From: an uncultured virus (IMG/VR IMGVR_UViG_3300042452_000440)
Lineage: Duplodnaviria > Heunggongvirae > Uroviricota > Caudoviricetes
Reading direction: 5' to 3' (one strand)
DNA: 57,005 bases
Virus record (IMG/VR): IMGVR_UViG_3300042452_000440
The notes beneath the pieces are model-generated. The model saw only the letters and a program-made list of their open reading frames with translations, had not been told where the DNA came from and did no database searches. Shown here piece after piece: positions 1 through 10,500 of the stretch (position 1 is the stretch's first letter; each line of letters opens with the position of its first letter). The position numbers and the translations under genes were made by a program.

Positions 1-424
1 CGGTTTCCCATCTTATAATTATTGGAACAGTTCCAACTCCAAAATTTCCTGATGAAATATTTGCACTCAGACCATTTAATGTTTGTGCATGTGCAAAGTT
101 TTGGCAGGAGTGTATGTTAAATTCACGCTCATTACCTCCTGTCATCCCCCAAAAATATTGTGATCCATTATATAAATCTGAAGTTTGATTACTACACCTA
201 ATACAAGGTGCTGGTGCATATGAATATGCTTCTAATGAATTAAACTGTGCAGACATGTACAAATAACTTTCTGATGCAGATCTTTGCTTTGAATAGTTAT
301 AAGTCCAAATGGTATAGTTTGCCTGATCTCCCATACCACTTACTTCTGTCATAACATACTCACCTGTCGCAACTAATTTAGTTGCTGCTGCTGTTGTTGT
401 TGCGTTTAGTATGGATCTACCCAT
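1..424 (-). CDS. Hypothetical virion/tail-associated protein, partial (runs off window start)
   Basis: Hand-translated open frame MGRSILNATTAAATKLVATGEYVMTEV... from ATG at 424, AAGGA RBS upstream, no stop before position 1. Confidence 0.7.
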   Translation of the reverse strand, partial: MGRSILNATTTAAATKLVATGEYVMTEVSGMGDQANYTIWTYNYSKQRSASESYLYMSAQFNSLEAYSYAPAPCIRCSNQTSDLYNGSQYFWGMTGGNEREFNIHSCQNFAHAQTLNGLSANISSGNFGVGTVPIIIRWET

Positions 425-454
425 TTGAATTTCCTTAACTATTTTGTTGATTTG

Positions 455-766
455 TTAAGATATTTCTACGCCCCAAATATTAAAAGATACGTTTCCATTT
501 AAAGAGTTAACTGCAACTGCGTCACCCGTTCCTAAAACAATTCCAGTTCTCTCTATAACTGCTGCTGCCGTTAGACCGGCGAGAGTTTCTATCTCATGAC
601 GATCACCTCTAGTTGCACCAGAATTAACAAGAGCAACTGAAACTGATGTTGCTGCACCAGCTCTGTTAGTTGCAGAAATATTCACAACTATTGGAGTTGT
701 TGCAGTAAATGCAGTTGTCCAAGTATTTGCCGAAGATATTAGTGATGTTTGTAATCCAGATGCCAT
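455..766 (-). CDS. Small tail-fibre-associated protein (paralog family with 2406..2732 and 11339..11680)
   Basis: 103 aa beta-rich; ...IERTGIVLGTGDAVAV... pattern; GGAG RBS; late promoter upstream. Confidence 0.65.
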   Translation of the reverse strand: MASGLQTSLISSANTWTTAFTATTPIVVNISATNRAGAATSVSVALVNSGATRGDRHEIETLAGLTAAAVIERTGIVLGTGDAVAVNSLNGNVSFNIWGVEIS

Positions 767-790
767 TTAATGTAGTCTCCTTTTCTGTAA

Positions 791-798
791 TATTTATA
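791..798 (-). promoter_or_regulatory. T4-type late promoter TATAAATA
   Basis: Exact TATAAATA on minus strand, 25 nt upstream of the 766 start. Confidence 0.75.
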
Positions 799-807
799 TT
801 CTATAAC

Positions 808-1389
808 TTAGAAAGATCCGCAGAAATATGAAAAAGCAATTCCACCACTTCCCATATTTTTATAAGTGGTGCCATTTTCCGAAAATTCCCACTTACCAGT
901 ACTATGATTATATCTTATTTCCCTAGAAGAAGTTACATTACCAGAACCATCAGTAGTTTGAATAACTCTAATACCACCAGTACCAGCAGTAATACTATTT
1001 CCAGATCTAAGATCAATAGTATTATCCTTTATAGAAAGGTTAACAGTATCAATGGTTGTTGTGGTTCCATTGACCGTTAAGTTTCCACCAATAACGGCAT
1101 TACCAGTTACGGTCATTGCACCACCGACCTGAACATCGGTCAGTGTTAATGTATTCGTTACATTAAGATTAGAAGCAGTAATAACCCCAGCAGTGGCATT
1201 TAGATTGCCAGTAACTGTCAGATTACCACTGTTCGTAAGATTGCCACTGTTCGTAAAGTTACCAGCGTTAGTAATACTACCAGTGCTTGTTACAGAAACA
1301 ATACCCGTCACAGCAAGAGTATTGGTTTCAGGAACAGTAACAACTGTCCCAGTTCTTGATTTAATATTGTCTACTCTTAATGTTGACAT
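808..1389 (-). CDS. Tail fibre-like protein
   Basis: MSTLRVDNIKSR N-terminus and GNLTV repeats typical of cyanomyovirus fibre proteins. Confidence 0.65.
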   Translation of the reverse strand: MSTLRVDNIKSRTGTVVTVPETNTLAVTGIVSVTSTGSITNAGNFTNSGNLTNSGNLTVTGNLNATAGVITASNLNVTNTLTLTDVQVGGAMTVTGNAVIGGNLTVNGTTTTIDTVNLSIKDNTIDLRSGNSITAGTGGIRVIQTTDGSGNVTSSREIRYNHSTGKWEFSENGTTYKNMGSGGIAFSYFCGSF

Positions 1390-1416
1390 CTTGAACTTAC
1401 TTTTTAGTTATTTAGA

Positions 1417-1617
1417 TTAGTTTTCTTCTATAATCAAAATACAACCATCACCAACACTCAGTTGAAATCCAGGTTCAACATCAACAGTTACATCCTCATC
1501 GTGAAGTATAAAGGATGTTTTATAAGGTGGTTCAATATCAATATTAGATTCTATCACATTCTTTTGAGTATCACGAAAAGTATTATCAACAAAACCTAAC
1601 TGAACTGGGATTGTCAT
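1417..1617 (-). CDS. Small virion-associated protein; copy of the C-terminal module of the upstream gene
   Basis: KNVIESNIDI..P.KT...DVTVD.E.G..LSVGDG shared with 1614..2015; ATGA overlap. Confidence 0.6.
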   Translation of the reverse strand: MTIPVQLGFVDNTFRDTQKNVIESNIDIEPPYKTSFILHDEDVTVDVEPGFQLSVGDGCILIIEEN

Positions 1618-2015
1618 ATATCTACAATGCTAAAAAATACTCCATCACCAACACTCAATGTTGACCCAGATTCAATATCAACAGTTACATCTGGATCAGC
1701 ATAAATCACAGCAGTTTTTTGTGGTAGATCAAGATCAATATTAGAATCAATCACATTCTTATAAGCAAATACTGTGGCATCATAAACGACTGATGCTCCA
1801 CCACCACCAGAAATACTAATATCTACTCGATTATTATGAACTGCAAAAGTATTACCAGTGCCAACAAAGTTCAATGCGGTAATGATACCACTATGAATAG
1901 CAATACCACCAGAATGAATACCAATTCCCCTAATACCATCGGTAGCAGTAAGAACTCCTACTTGAATATTAGTGGTATCCTTAATAATTCCACCTTGTAT
2001 CTTAGTAAGTGCCAT
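1614..2015 (-). CDS. Tail fibre-associated protein
   Basis: MALTKI start and IGIHSGG...ITALNFVGTGNTF module of cyanophage fibres. Confidence 0.6.
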   Translation of the reverse strand: MALTKIQGGIIKDTTNIQVGVLTATDGIRGIGIHSGGIAIHSGIITALNFVGTGNTFAVHNNRVDISISGGGGASVVYDATVFAYKNVIDSNIDLDLPQKTAVIYADPDVTVDIESGSTLSVGDGVFFSIVDI

Positions 2016-2023
2016 AGTTCTAC

Positions 2024-2404
2024 CTAGAAGAGACCAAGAACATTGGTTTGTAAAGTAGTTCCCGATGCTATTCTAAAAGTCGCACCAGAAGCAACTACAA
2101 TATCTGATGCTCTTGTGAATGCTACACTACCTTCATCAGATCCAACTTCAACACTTATAGAAGTTCCAGCAGCAATCCTAAGTTCCTTTGGAGTCTTAAA
2201 GACCTGAAAGAGTGGTGATGATTGACTTGGTGAAAGTGCTGTTGCAAATCCACTCACACCACTAAGTTGAGATCCATCACCAACAAATGAAGTAGCAGTT
2301 ACAACACCAGCAAAAGTTGCACCAGAACCAACAATACCACCCGTAAAATTCAACGGGTCTTCAAGTGAGTTACCACCTACTTTTGTGATTCTTGAAAGTG
2401 CCAT
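2024..2404 (-). CDS. Tail fibre-associated protein
   Basis: GVVTATSFVGDGSQLSGV fibre motif. Confidence 0.6.
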   Translation of the reverse strand: MALSRITKVGGNSLEDPLNFTGGIVGSGATFAGVVTATSFVGDGSQLSGVSGFATALSPSQSSPLFQVFKTPKELRIAAGTSISVEVGSDEGSVAFTRASDIVVASGATFRIASGTTLQTNVLGLF

Positions 2405-2405
2405 A

Positions 2406-2732
2406 TCAGGTCATCTCCAAGATAGTCAGAGCAACATCAATACTATTATTTGTGTCACTCTGAACCGTAAGAGTATCTGTTGCTTCTAATACAATCTTAT
2501 TTCCCTGCATAAACTCCAAAGTTGATCCCTGTGGAATGGGAACATTTTTGAGAAGTTTAATACTATCCGAACTTACTCTACTTACACCTACACCAACATT
2601 AATACCAGAACCAGAAGTATTCGCAAGTGTGATTCCAATTACCGTTGTTGTAGTTGCTGCTGGAACAGTATAAACCGAAACCGTAGTCACTCCTACGTTT
2701 GCCTTCGTTTTGAGTTTGAATACGTTCGCCAT
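2406..2732 (-). CDS. Small tail-fibre-associated protein
   Basis: YTVPAATTT...IPQGSTLE...KIVLEATDTL...LTILE family signature. Confidence 0.65.
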   Translation of the reverse strand: MANVFKLKTKANVGVTTVSVYTVPAATTTTVIGITLANTSGSGINVGVGVSRVSSDSIKLLKNVPIPQGSTLEFMQGNKIVLEATDTLTVQSDTNNSIDVALTILEMT

Positions 2733-2737
2733 TTATA

Positions 2738-3508
2738 CTATCCGAATACAATGGAATAAATCAAAGCGTCATCAAGAACGCTACGACCATTAACTCTATA
2801 AGTTCCTGAGATATTTATATCCCCTCCAACATCCAGTTTATACGCTGGTTGGACGCTATTAATACCAACACTGCCAGTTGAAGGAATAAAAACAAATCCA
2901 GTTGATGCAATACCAACCGAACTTACACCAGTATTATTCGCAAATGTTGGATATACAGGAGATGCCGTTAAATCCTGAGGAATAACATTAAAAGCATTAA
3001 CCCCTATAAGGTTAGAACCATCACCATAGAATGCAACAGCACTGACAATGCCGGTAGGACCGTACATCGTAATTGCAGATCCAACTTGCAATGTTGATTG
3101 CGGATTGGTTGTCCCAATACCCAAGTTTCCGGGATTCGGAACAAATACAATCTTATTAGTTGAAATACCAACCGAAGTTACACCAGTATTATTCGCAAAG
3201 GTTGGATATACTGGTGAAGATGTTAGATCTTGGTTAATGACATTGAATGCATTAACCCCTATAAGATTAGAACCATCACCATAATAGACAACAGTTGTGA
3301 TTCCAGGTTGAGAAGAAGTTACAATACCTGAGGATGTAACTTTAACCTGATCAAGTATTACATCACCAACAACGTGAAGTTTTGCCTGTGGATTTGTGGT
3401 CCCGATGCCGACATAGGGAGTCGCTGTCGTAGCAATACCAATATTTCTATTGGAGTCGTCTACTATTATAAAACCAGCAACCTGTGACAGCTCCCTATTA
3501 TTTGCCAT
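2738..3508 (-). CDS. Tail fibre protein
   Basis: GIGTTNP repeats; two YGDGSNLIGVNAFNV modules. Confidence 0.7.
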   Translation of the reverse strand: MANNRELSQVAGFIIVDDSNRNIGIATTATPYVGIGTTNPQAKLHVVGDVILDQVKVTSSGIVTSSQPGITTVVYYGDGSNLIGVNAFNVINQDLTSSPVYPTFANNTGVTSVGISTNKIVFVPNPGNLGIGTTNPQSTLQVGSAITMYGPTGIVSAVAFYGDGSNLIGVNAFNVIPQDLTASPVYPTFANNTGVSSVGIASTGFVFIPSTGSVGINSVQPAYKLDVGGDINISGTYRVNGRSVLDDALIYSIVFG

Positions 3509-3553
3509 TAGAAAGTTATCTTTCTAGTTATTTATTGAACTTCTTTACCCGTA

Positions 3554-4273
3554 TCATTCCAAAATATGATGAGGTACAAATGGCATTTCTGATTTAACAC
3601 CAGAGATCAAATCCTTAATATCATCATACTGATTGCACAGATCATCTTCAACAATTCCATAAGATGGATATAAGGTTTTTACTTCTCCTAAATTTGCAAT
3701 TTCAGTTTCATTAATTGAAGTTTTTTTTCCAAGAAGTCCGAATGATTTCACATAGAAATTAGAAAGATCAAAGTTTTTTACCCTATCAATTTCAAAGTAA
3801 TCACAAACAATATCAATAGTTTCTTTCTTGTTGCCCAAAAAAGAATTTGTCTCTATCCATAATATTTCAGGAGTATCACTTATCCATTGAATAATATTCA
3901 ACCATATAAAAACAATTTTTTCCAAATCACTATCAAACTGATATTCTTTCAATGACGGATGACAATGATTTAGATGATACTCATACTTCGTAGATACTAT
4001 ATTATCAATATAATTTGATGTCTTAATCTTATATAAGTGATGCTTTAATTTCCTATACAGGAATACTTTTTTTCCAGTAAGATGTCCAGAATAGTGACAT
4101 AAAGAACTTTGAAACTTTATGACAGTATTATCGGTTAATTCTTCAATCAGTTTATCATTCTGTATGAGATTATGAATCCAAGACGGTTCAGCATATACAA
4201 CTGTAGAATTTGCAAGCAACGTTGCCATTAAAGTAGAACCACAATGAGACGTATGATATATTTGATTAATCAT
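3554..4273 (-). CDS. Putative sulfotransferase-fold protein
   Basis: N-terminal YHTSHCGSTL resembles the HxxRxGST(L) PAPS-binding loop; followed by YAEP and later FLYR. Confidence 0.45.
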   Translation of the reverse strand: MINQIYHTSHCGSTLMATLLANSTVVYAEPSWIHNLIQNDKLIEELTDNTVIKFQSSLCHYSGHLTGKKVFLYRKLKHHLYKIKTSNYIDNIVSTKYEYHLNHCHPSLKEYQFDSDLEKIVFIWLNIIQWISDTPEILWIETNSFLGNKKETIDIVCDYFEIDRVKNFDLSNFYVKSFGLLGKKTSINETEIANLGEVKTLYPSYGIVEDDLCNQYDDIKDLISGVKSEMPFVPHHILE

Positions 4274-4931
4274 TTGCTTCTATGCCATCCACATGTATTC
4301 CAAAAAAATGAGATACGCAATATCTACCATACCCTGAATAGTAATCAGAATCTTCTATTGATACATTCTTAACTCCGTGCTCAATATATGATGGTAATAG
4401 AATCAAACTATTGTTCATACATTGAAACTCATAATCATCATACTCTGGAAAATAAAGTTCTCCACCAGAAAACTTTCTTGGTTCTTTATGAAAGTAACTA
4501 AACGCTAAAAAGTCGTGTCTGATATCTGTGTGTGGTTCATAATAATCGCCATCATGATAATATCTTACCTTTGTTCTACAATAATTAATATGATTTATTC
4601 TTTTATGTTGTGGAAATTTATCATAGAAAATATTCAAAAATCCGTGATTGAATAATTTTTGAGTTACGGTTATAATATTAGAAAGATTTTTATCGGCATA
4701 GACAGTATCCAGACATAAAGATCTGGATTTTGTCATAAATTCTTGTGTCTCAAAATTCCACGCCCCATGATGCTGACCAGGATCATAAAGTTTTCCAGGT
4801 TTTGTGAGGAACTTTAATTCTTCCCAAATCAATTCTAGTTCTTCGTCAGTGTAAAAATTTTCAATAATCAAATGTGGAAATGGATCTTTTAAAATATTAA
4901 TTCTTCTTTCCATAATATACCATCTATTCAA
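4266..4931 (-). CDS. 2OG-Fe(II) oxygenase (prolyl-4-hydroxylase-like)
   Basis: YYHDGDYYEPHTD (HxD), GGELYF, HGV, GRYC motifs; start may be the second Met (4913). Confidence 0.8.
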   Translation of the reverse strand: MNRWYIMERRINILKDPFPHLIIENFYTDEELELIWEELKFLTKPGKLYDPGQHHGAWNFETQEFMTKSRSLCLDTVYADKNLSNIITVTQKLFNHGFLNIFYDKFPQHKRINHINYCRTKVRYYHDGDYYEPHTDIRHDFLAFSYFHKEPRKFSGGELYFPEYDDYEFQCMNNSLILLPSYIEHGVKNVSIEDSDYYSGYGRYCVSHFFGIHVDGIEAND

Positions 4932-4950
4932 ATCATTATATCATACTAAA

Positions 4951-5394
4951 TCAACTTTCTGCGTTCCAGGGTCTCCATCCTTCTGAACCTTCAACAAGAT
5001 CCCAAGTTAAAGTTTCTTCATTCCACAAATATCTAAAAGTATCTACTGGTTTTTGAACAGGAGCGACAAATCTATTTCTTTCTGTGCTCCAAACCCAAGA
5101 AGGAAATTTTGGCGGCAATGCATAAGTATCATATTCTTCAAGGTAAACATACCCTGGCGAAACAAAAGCATCTCTTTCTGGATCGTAAGTATCTCCTATT
5201 GCAGCATACTTATATCTAAATTTGTTATTATAAGATGTCTGTATCCAGTTTCTATCTTGACCATACAAATTTTTACAAAACTGAATTCCTACTTGTTCAG
5301 ATTCATTTCCATTCTCATCAAGAATATCATCATTTGAAATGACAACTACTTGTGTTACTACGTTATTTTGATCTAATTCTGCGAAATGTGCCAT
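4951..5394 (-). CDS. Conserved phage protein that typically accompanies glycine-rich fibre genes
   Basis: MAHFAELD...WIQTSYN..FR..YA.IG.TYD...DAF...P.FPSW.W signature. Confidence 0.7.
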   Translation of the reverse strand: MAHFAELDQNNVVTQVVVISNDDILDENGNESEQVGIQFCKNLYGQDRNWIQTSYNNKFRYKYAAIGDTYDPERDAFVSPGYVYLEEYDTYALPPKFPSWVWSTERNRFVAPVQKPVDTFRYLWNEETLTWDLVEGSEGWRPWNAES

Positions 5395-5402
5395 TGTTAT
5401 TA

Positions 5403-6266
5403 TTAATTTACAGTAAAAGTTCCACCAGCAGTGAAGTCGTGAATCACATAATCCGTTCCAGAAACATTTGCGGTGGTAATTGTTCCACCAGTTGCTTTTG
5501 TAGTTGTTCCAGTATATCTCACAATGACTCTTCCAGATCCTCCTGATGCGGAAGTTGTATAGGAATTAGAATTTCTTGCACCACCACCAGTATTGGCAGC
5601 AGGTGAAGAAGTTGTAGTTCCATCACCATTATTTCCAATAGAAGAACTAGAAAGAGTGCCACCAGCGCCACCACCACCAAATGCAACTGTCAACGAACTA
5701 CCACCTCTAAAAGTTGCCAAATCATATCCAGATCCACCAGCGGCGCCATTATTAGGTCCAGCAGTTACACCAGCACTCCCCTTTCCTCCACCACCTCCAC
5801 AACCAACAGATGACCTACTTACAAAACTACCACCGCCACCAGCATTTCCCTGCCCTGATGTTCCAGCACCACCAGAAGTAGCATGTCCACCAGATCCAGA
5901 TCCACCAGGTTGACCCACTACTCCCACAGTATAGGGGGGATTGAATCCACGTGCTGTTCCATATCCACCACCGATAGCATTACTGGCACCAGTAAATGAA
6001 GTCACAGACCCATTGTTTTTTCCGCTTCCTCCACCACCTATTGTGACTGTACTGCTACTTCCAGGATTTAAAGTTGCTGAGTAAATATACAATCCACCAG
6101 CACCTCCTCCACCTCCACCATAAACAGCGAAATCATCATCTGAAGTCGTAAACGTAGTAGATAAAGCAGCATAATCACTGTAAGTTCCACCTCCACCTGC
6201 CATCATAAGAACTTCTATATCTAATGACGTTGTTGTAGTTACAAAAAAGGTTTGAAGTATAGACAT
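5403..6266 (-). CDS. Glycine-rich virion/tail protein
   Basis: AGGGG..GGGGAGG repeats; GGSGRVIVRY...ATGG...YVIHDFT C-terminus. Confidence 0.75.
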   Translation of the reverse strand: MSILQTFFVTTTTSLDIEVLMMAGGGGTYSDYAALSTTFTTSDDDFAVYGGGGGGAGGLYIYSATLNPGSSSTVTIGGGGSGKNNGSVTSFTGASNAIGGGYGTARGFNPPYTVGVVGQPGGSGSGGHATSGGAGTSGQGNAGGGGSFVSRSSVGCGGGGGKGSAGVTAGPNNGAAGGSGYDLATFRGGSSLTVAFGGGGAGGTLSSSSIGNNGDGTTTSSPAANTGGGARNSNSYTTSASGGSGRVIVRYTGTTTKATGGTITTANVSGTDYVIHDFTAGGTFTVN

Positions 6267-6267
6267 A

Positions 6268-7488
6268 TTAGGTTAATCCTCCTCCCATAATTACAAATGT
6301 ATTTGAGGCAACACAAAGAATAGTAGCAACTCCTCTTTGTGCCAGAGTTCTATTTCCAGTCGTTGCTGTTCCAACAAGATACATCGTTACAGAAGTTCCT
6401 TGAGTAATTGTTTGATTACTTGAGGAATTATTGTATATAGATACCGTATCACCTACACTGAATATACCAGAGTTAACTGTAACTCCGCCAGTGGTAATAG
6501 ATATATGCTTTCCAACATCTGATGCGGCAAGAATGTATGCAGAGGTTTGAGCGTTTTGTGGAACTGCACGAACATTTCCAATAGAATCATTTACAGTAGT
6601 TGCAGTAACTACTCCAACTGAAATTCCATTAGATGTGCTGTTTCCTCTATTTGTAACTGAGTTTAAAGTATCAGTTTCAGTGTAAGAGGTTATATAAGTT
6701 GAAGAATCAACAGATCCATCTGCTTTTAGGAATTGACTTGAAGTCCCACCAGATTTGACAAATGAAGTTGCAGTTGCAACTCCAACTGAAATTCCATTAG
6801 ATGTACTATTACCTCTTGAAGTTACATTCGCAAGTGTACTTGTTTCCGTATAAGAAGTTAAGTATGTTGAAGAATCAACAGATCCATCTGCTTTTAGGAA
6901 TTGACTTGAAGTTCCACCAGATTTAATAAACGATGATGCAGTAGAAACACCAGAAACACTTAACTGATTTGTAAAAGTTGTTCCAGTAACAGTAACACCA
7001 GTTCCAATGGTTTCAAATTTTTTATTATCATTATAATAAAGTTCTACTGCACCTCCACTTACGAATTTTGCAAAGTTTTTATTTGTTGAATGTTGTTGAA
7101 TATTAATATCAGATCCTGATATGTAAAGAGATCCTGATCCAGTTTCCTCAATTCTACTATCAGTTCCATCATTATAGATTCTCAGATCATTATTATCACC
7201 AATATTTAAGTTATATCCATTTCTAACACTAATTGCACCTTCAAATGTTGAGACACCAGTTACTGTCAGACTAGTTGCAGAAACTGCTCCACCAACCACT
7301 GAGGACGATACTCCACTGATATTAGCATAATTTATAGTTCCTGATAGAACCACCCCAGTCAATTGACTTCCATTACCAACAAAGGAAGTTGCACTTATAA
7401 TACCTGCGGTAATATTCCCACCAGAACTTATTGTGGCACCAGTTCCTACCTCAAGTCCGTTTTTGACCCTAAAATTCTGATTAGGCAA
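6268..7488 (-). CDS. Tail fibre protein
   Basis: NFRVKNGL start, DLRIY/GAVELYY..KKFET module, internal 56-aa repeat, GNRTLAQRG C-terminal domain. Confidence 0.75.
   Translation of the reverse strand: MPNQNFRVKNGLEVGTGATISSGGNITAGIISATSFVGNGSQLTGVVLSGTINYANISGVSSSVVGGAVSATSLTVTGVSTFEGAISVRNGYNLNIGDNNDLRIYNDGTDSRIEETGSGSLYISGSDINIQQHSTNKNFAKFVSGGAVELYYNDNKKFETIGTGVTVTGTTFTNQLSVSGVSTASSFIKSGGTSSQFLKADGSVDSSTYLTSYTETSTLANVTSRGNSTSNGISVGVATATSFVKSGGTSSQFLKADGSVDSSTYITSYTETDTLNSVTNRGNSTSNGISVGVVTATTVNDSIGNVRAVPQNAQTSAYILAASDVGKHISITTGGVTVNSGIFSVGDTVSIYNNSSSNQTITQGTSVTMYLVGTATTGNRTLAQRGVATILCVASNTFVIMGGGLT
6611..6924. repeat. Tandem intragenic duplication, 168-bp period
   Basis: ACTCCAACTGAAATTCCATTAGATGT at 6611 and 6779; encodes SF(I/V)KSGGTSSQFLKADGSVDSSTY twice. 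Confidence 0.85.
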
Positions 7489-7520
7489 GGTTCAATATCC
7501 CCTTACTTTTTAGGTATTTA

Positions 7521-10500
7521 TCAGACCTTAATCGCAGTAAACTTAATCTTATAACTTGTAGAAGAAGAACTTGTAGGAGTAACGAGCAGTCTCATATTAC
7601 CACCAGAAATATCTACATCAAATGAACCCAAAGAACCATTTGTATAGATGGTTCCATATTCAGTAGGATATGCCAGAGTTCCATTATGGATCGCAAGAAC
7701 TTTTGTGACGTGATAGTTACTTCCTTGCGTTGCTTGAATCATATACTCAACTGAACGATAAGAACTTGCACTCAATGTATGAATAGCAGTTTGGGATGTT
7801 GTTGAGGTTGATGCTGTTACTGTATAATCATTGACCCAATAAGATCCATCATAAGTTAGATTTTCACCTGCTGCTGGTGGAAGAGACAGATTAACATCTG
7901 AAAGATCATCAAGAAGTGTTGCTCCACTTCCGCCACCACCTCCTCCTCCACCAGTGCTGGTTGTGTTATAAGAAACAAACTCAACAATATCATTAGCAAA
8001 TGCGGGGGAGTTTAATGTAACTGATGTACCGTTAGTTGCAACATATTCACTTGCCGTCAACTTAACACCATTTACAAATACATCTAAGAAGTTTACATTA
8101 TAACTGAAACTAAATGATGATTGACCAGAAGTAGCAGTATTAATACCAGTTGTTCTAAGAGTTGGGAATGTTGCCCAAGTTACTCCAACTCCTGTCGATT
8201 GCAGATATTGTCCTGTTGTTCCTGTGGTTGATCCTGTGCTTACATAACTGTTTAGAACAATTCCATCTTTAAATGTTGATACACCAACAACAGATAGACC
8301 AGCACCAACAATTGCACCACCATTAAATGTAGATACACCGACAACATATAGACCACCACCAACACTAACATCACTTCTTGCAGTGATGACTCCAATAGAA
8401 TCAACATTGGTTACGTCTTCATAAGTTAATGTTCCCGCAATAGAAACATTACCAGTAAATGATGCAGATGTAGCACTTATGTGCCCTAAGGTAGAAATGC
8501 CAGGAGAAACTGTAAGATTTAAGAATGTTGGTGTATCAGAAACTCTGACCGTAGCAACACCATTAGGTTGAGGATCAGCAGAAGCAATGATGTTATTGCC
8601 TCTGAAATCAAGAGTCGTAATGCTTCCAGAAGTACCTACAACAAGTCCTTCATCATATACATTAAATCCGTTCAGGATATTATTAACAGAGAAAATACCA
8701 GGAATAGATGCCCATTCCCAAGTGCCAGTACCAGTTGCTCTTAAGATATATTGAGCACCACCAAAATCAATTCCATCTGGTGAAATCTGATTTACATCAA
8801 GTTTGTTGATGGTTGCGATACCAGCGTTTACATCACCAACAAACTGTCTTGCAGTGGCAACACCAGAAATTAAAGTATCACCAACAACTTGTAATTTTGC
8901 TGTCGGATTTGTTGAACCAATACCAAGATTTCCAAATTCAGGAACATAACCAATTTGAGTTGGTGCAATACCAATCGAAGTAACGCCTGTGCTATTTGCA
9001 AAGGTTGGAAATACTGGTGATGATGTAATATCCTGCTGAATAACATTAAATGCATTAACACCAATCAGGTTAGAACCATCACCATAATACTTAACTGTGG
9101 TTACTCCTGGTTGTGATGATGTGACAATACCAGAAGCGATTGTAACACCATCAATAGTACCGATTCCAGATACAAATAGATTTGTAGCACTAATGATTGA
9201 TGCTGGACCTGTTGCTTCAATGTCACCAACAAACTTTTGTGCTGTTATGATTCCAGTAAAGATTGCATTACCAACAACATTTAACTTAGCAATTGGATTT
9301 GTTGAACCAATACCAAGATTTCCTGATGTGGGAACGAATCCCATCTCAGTATCGGCAATACCAATTGAAGTAACACCAATGTTATTAGCAAAGGTTGGAT
9401 ATACAGGAGATGCTGATAAAACTTGATTGACAACATTAAATGCATTAACACCAATCAGGTTCGAACCGTCACCATAATACTTAACAGTTGTTACTCCTGG
9501 TTGAGAAGAAGTTACAATACCACTTGAAATTGTAACACCATCAATGGTGCCAATACCAGTATAATTGAGATTAGTGCCACTAAGATTAGTGATATTAGCA
9601 TTGGTGATAGTAGCAACACCAGCATTAATATCACCAACAAATTGGCGAGCAGTGACTACACCATTGAAAATGCCATTATCAATGAATGTTACTGTTGGTT
9701 TAGTGTCAGAGGATAAATTAATTGCCTGATATCCTTGACCACTATTAATTTGACCAACACCAATAGTGCCTTGAAATGCTACATTACCAGTTCCGTCATA
9801 AACATAGAATGCATTGGTTCCATTTGCCGACTGATAATATCCAGTGCTTGGACGGAAAGAGGAACCTGTTACAATTCCAGTCGCATTCAGTTGAGTTGTA
9901 TTGAGTGTCCCATAAACGGTTGCACCAATACCAGAAGTTTCAAATGTTTTTACATTATCATAATAAAGTGCTACTGAACCATTTGAAGTAAAAACAGCAA
10001 GATTTTCTGATGAACTGGAATTTTGAATAAAGTGTGTGCCAGCTCTGTAATAAGTGTTAGATGCATCAATGAAAAGATTTCCAGTTCCAACATCCTGAAT
10101 AAAACTATCAAAACTATTATGGAATATTCTTAGGTCATTTCCATCACCAAGATATAGATTTGCATTATCGGCAAGTCTTACATTACTTCTGAATGTCGAT
10201 ACACCAGAAACACTTAATTGCTTGGAGAATAAAGTATCTCCAGTAACAGTTGTAATTCCAGCAAATGTGGATACACCAGAAACATTTAAATTCCCAGTGA
10301 GAACTGCATTACGAGCATTAAACTCATCAAAGAAAATATCATCCTTTACATAAAGATCTCCACCCACATAGAGATCGCCACCAGTTGTAGTAATACCACC
10401 ATTTGAAGCGAGAGTGGTAATACCAGTTACATTTAAATTATTGGAAAGATTCAGATTAGGGGCACTGATTGTATCATCAGTAAATTGAATTCCCTTAACT

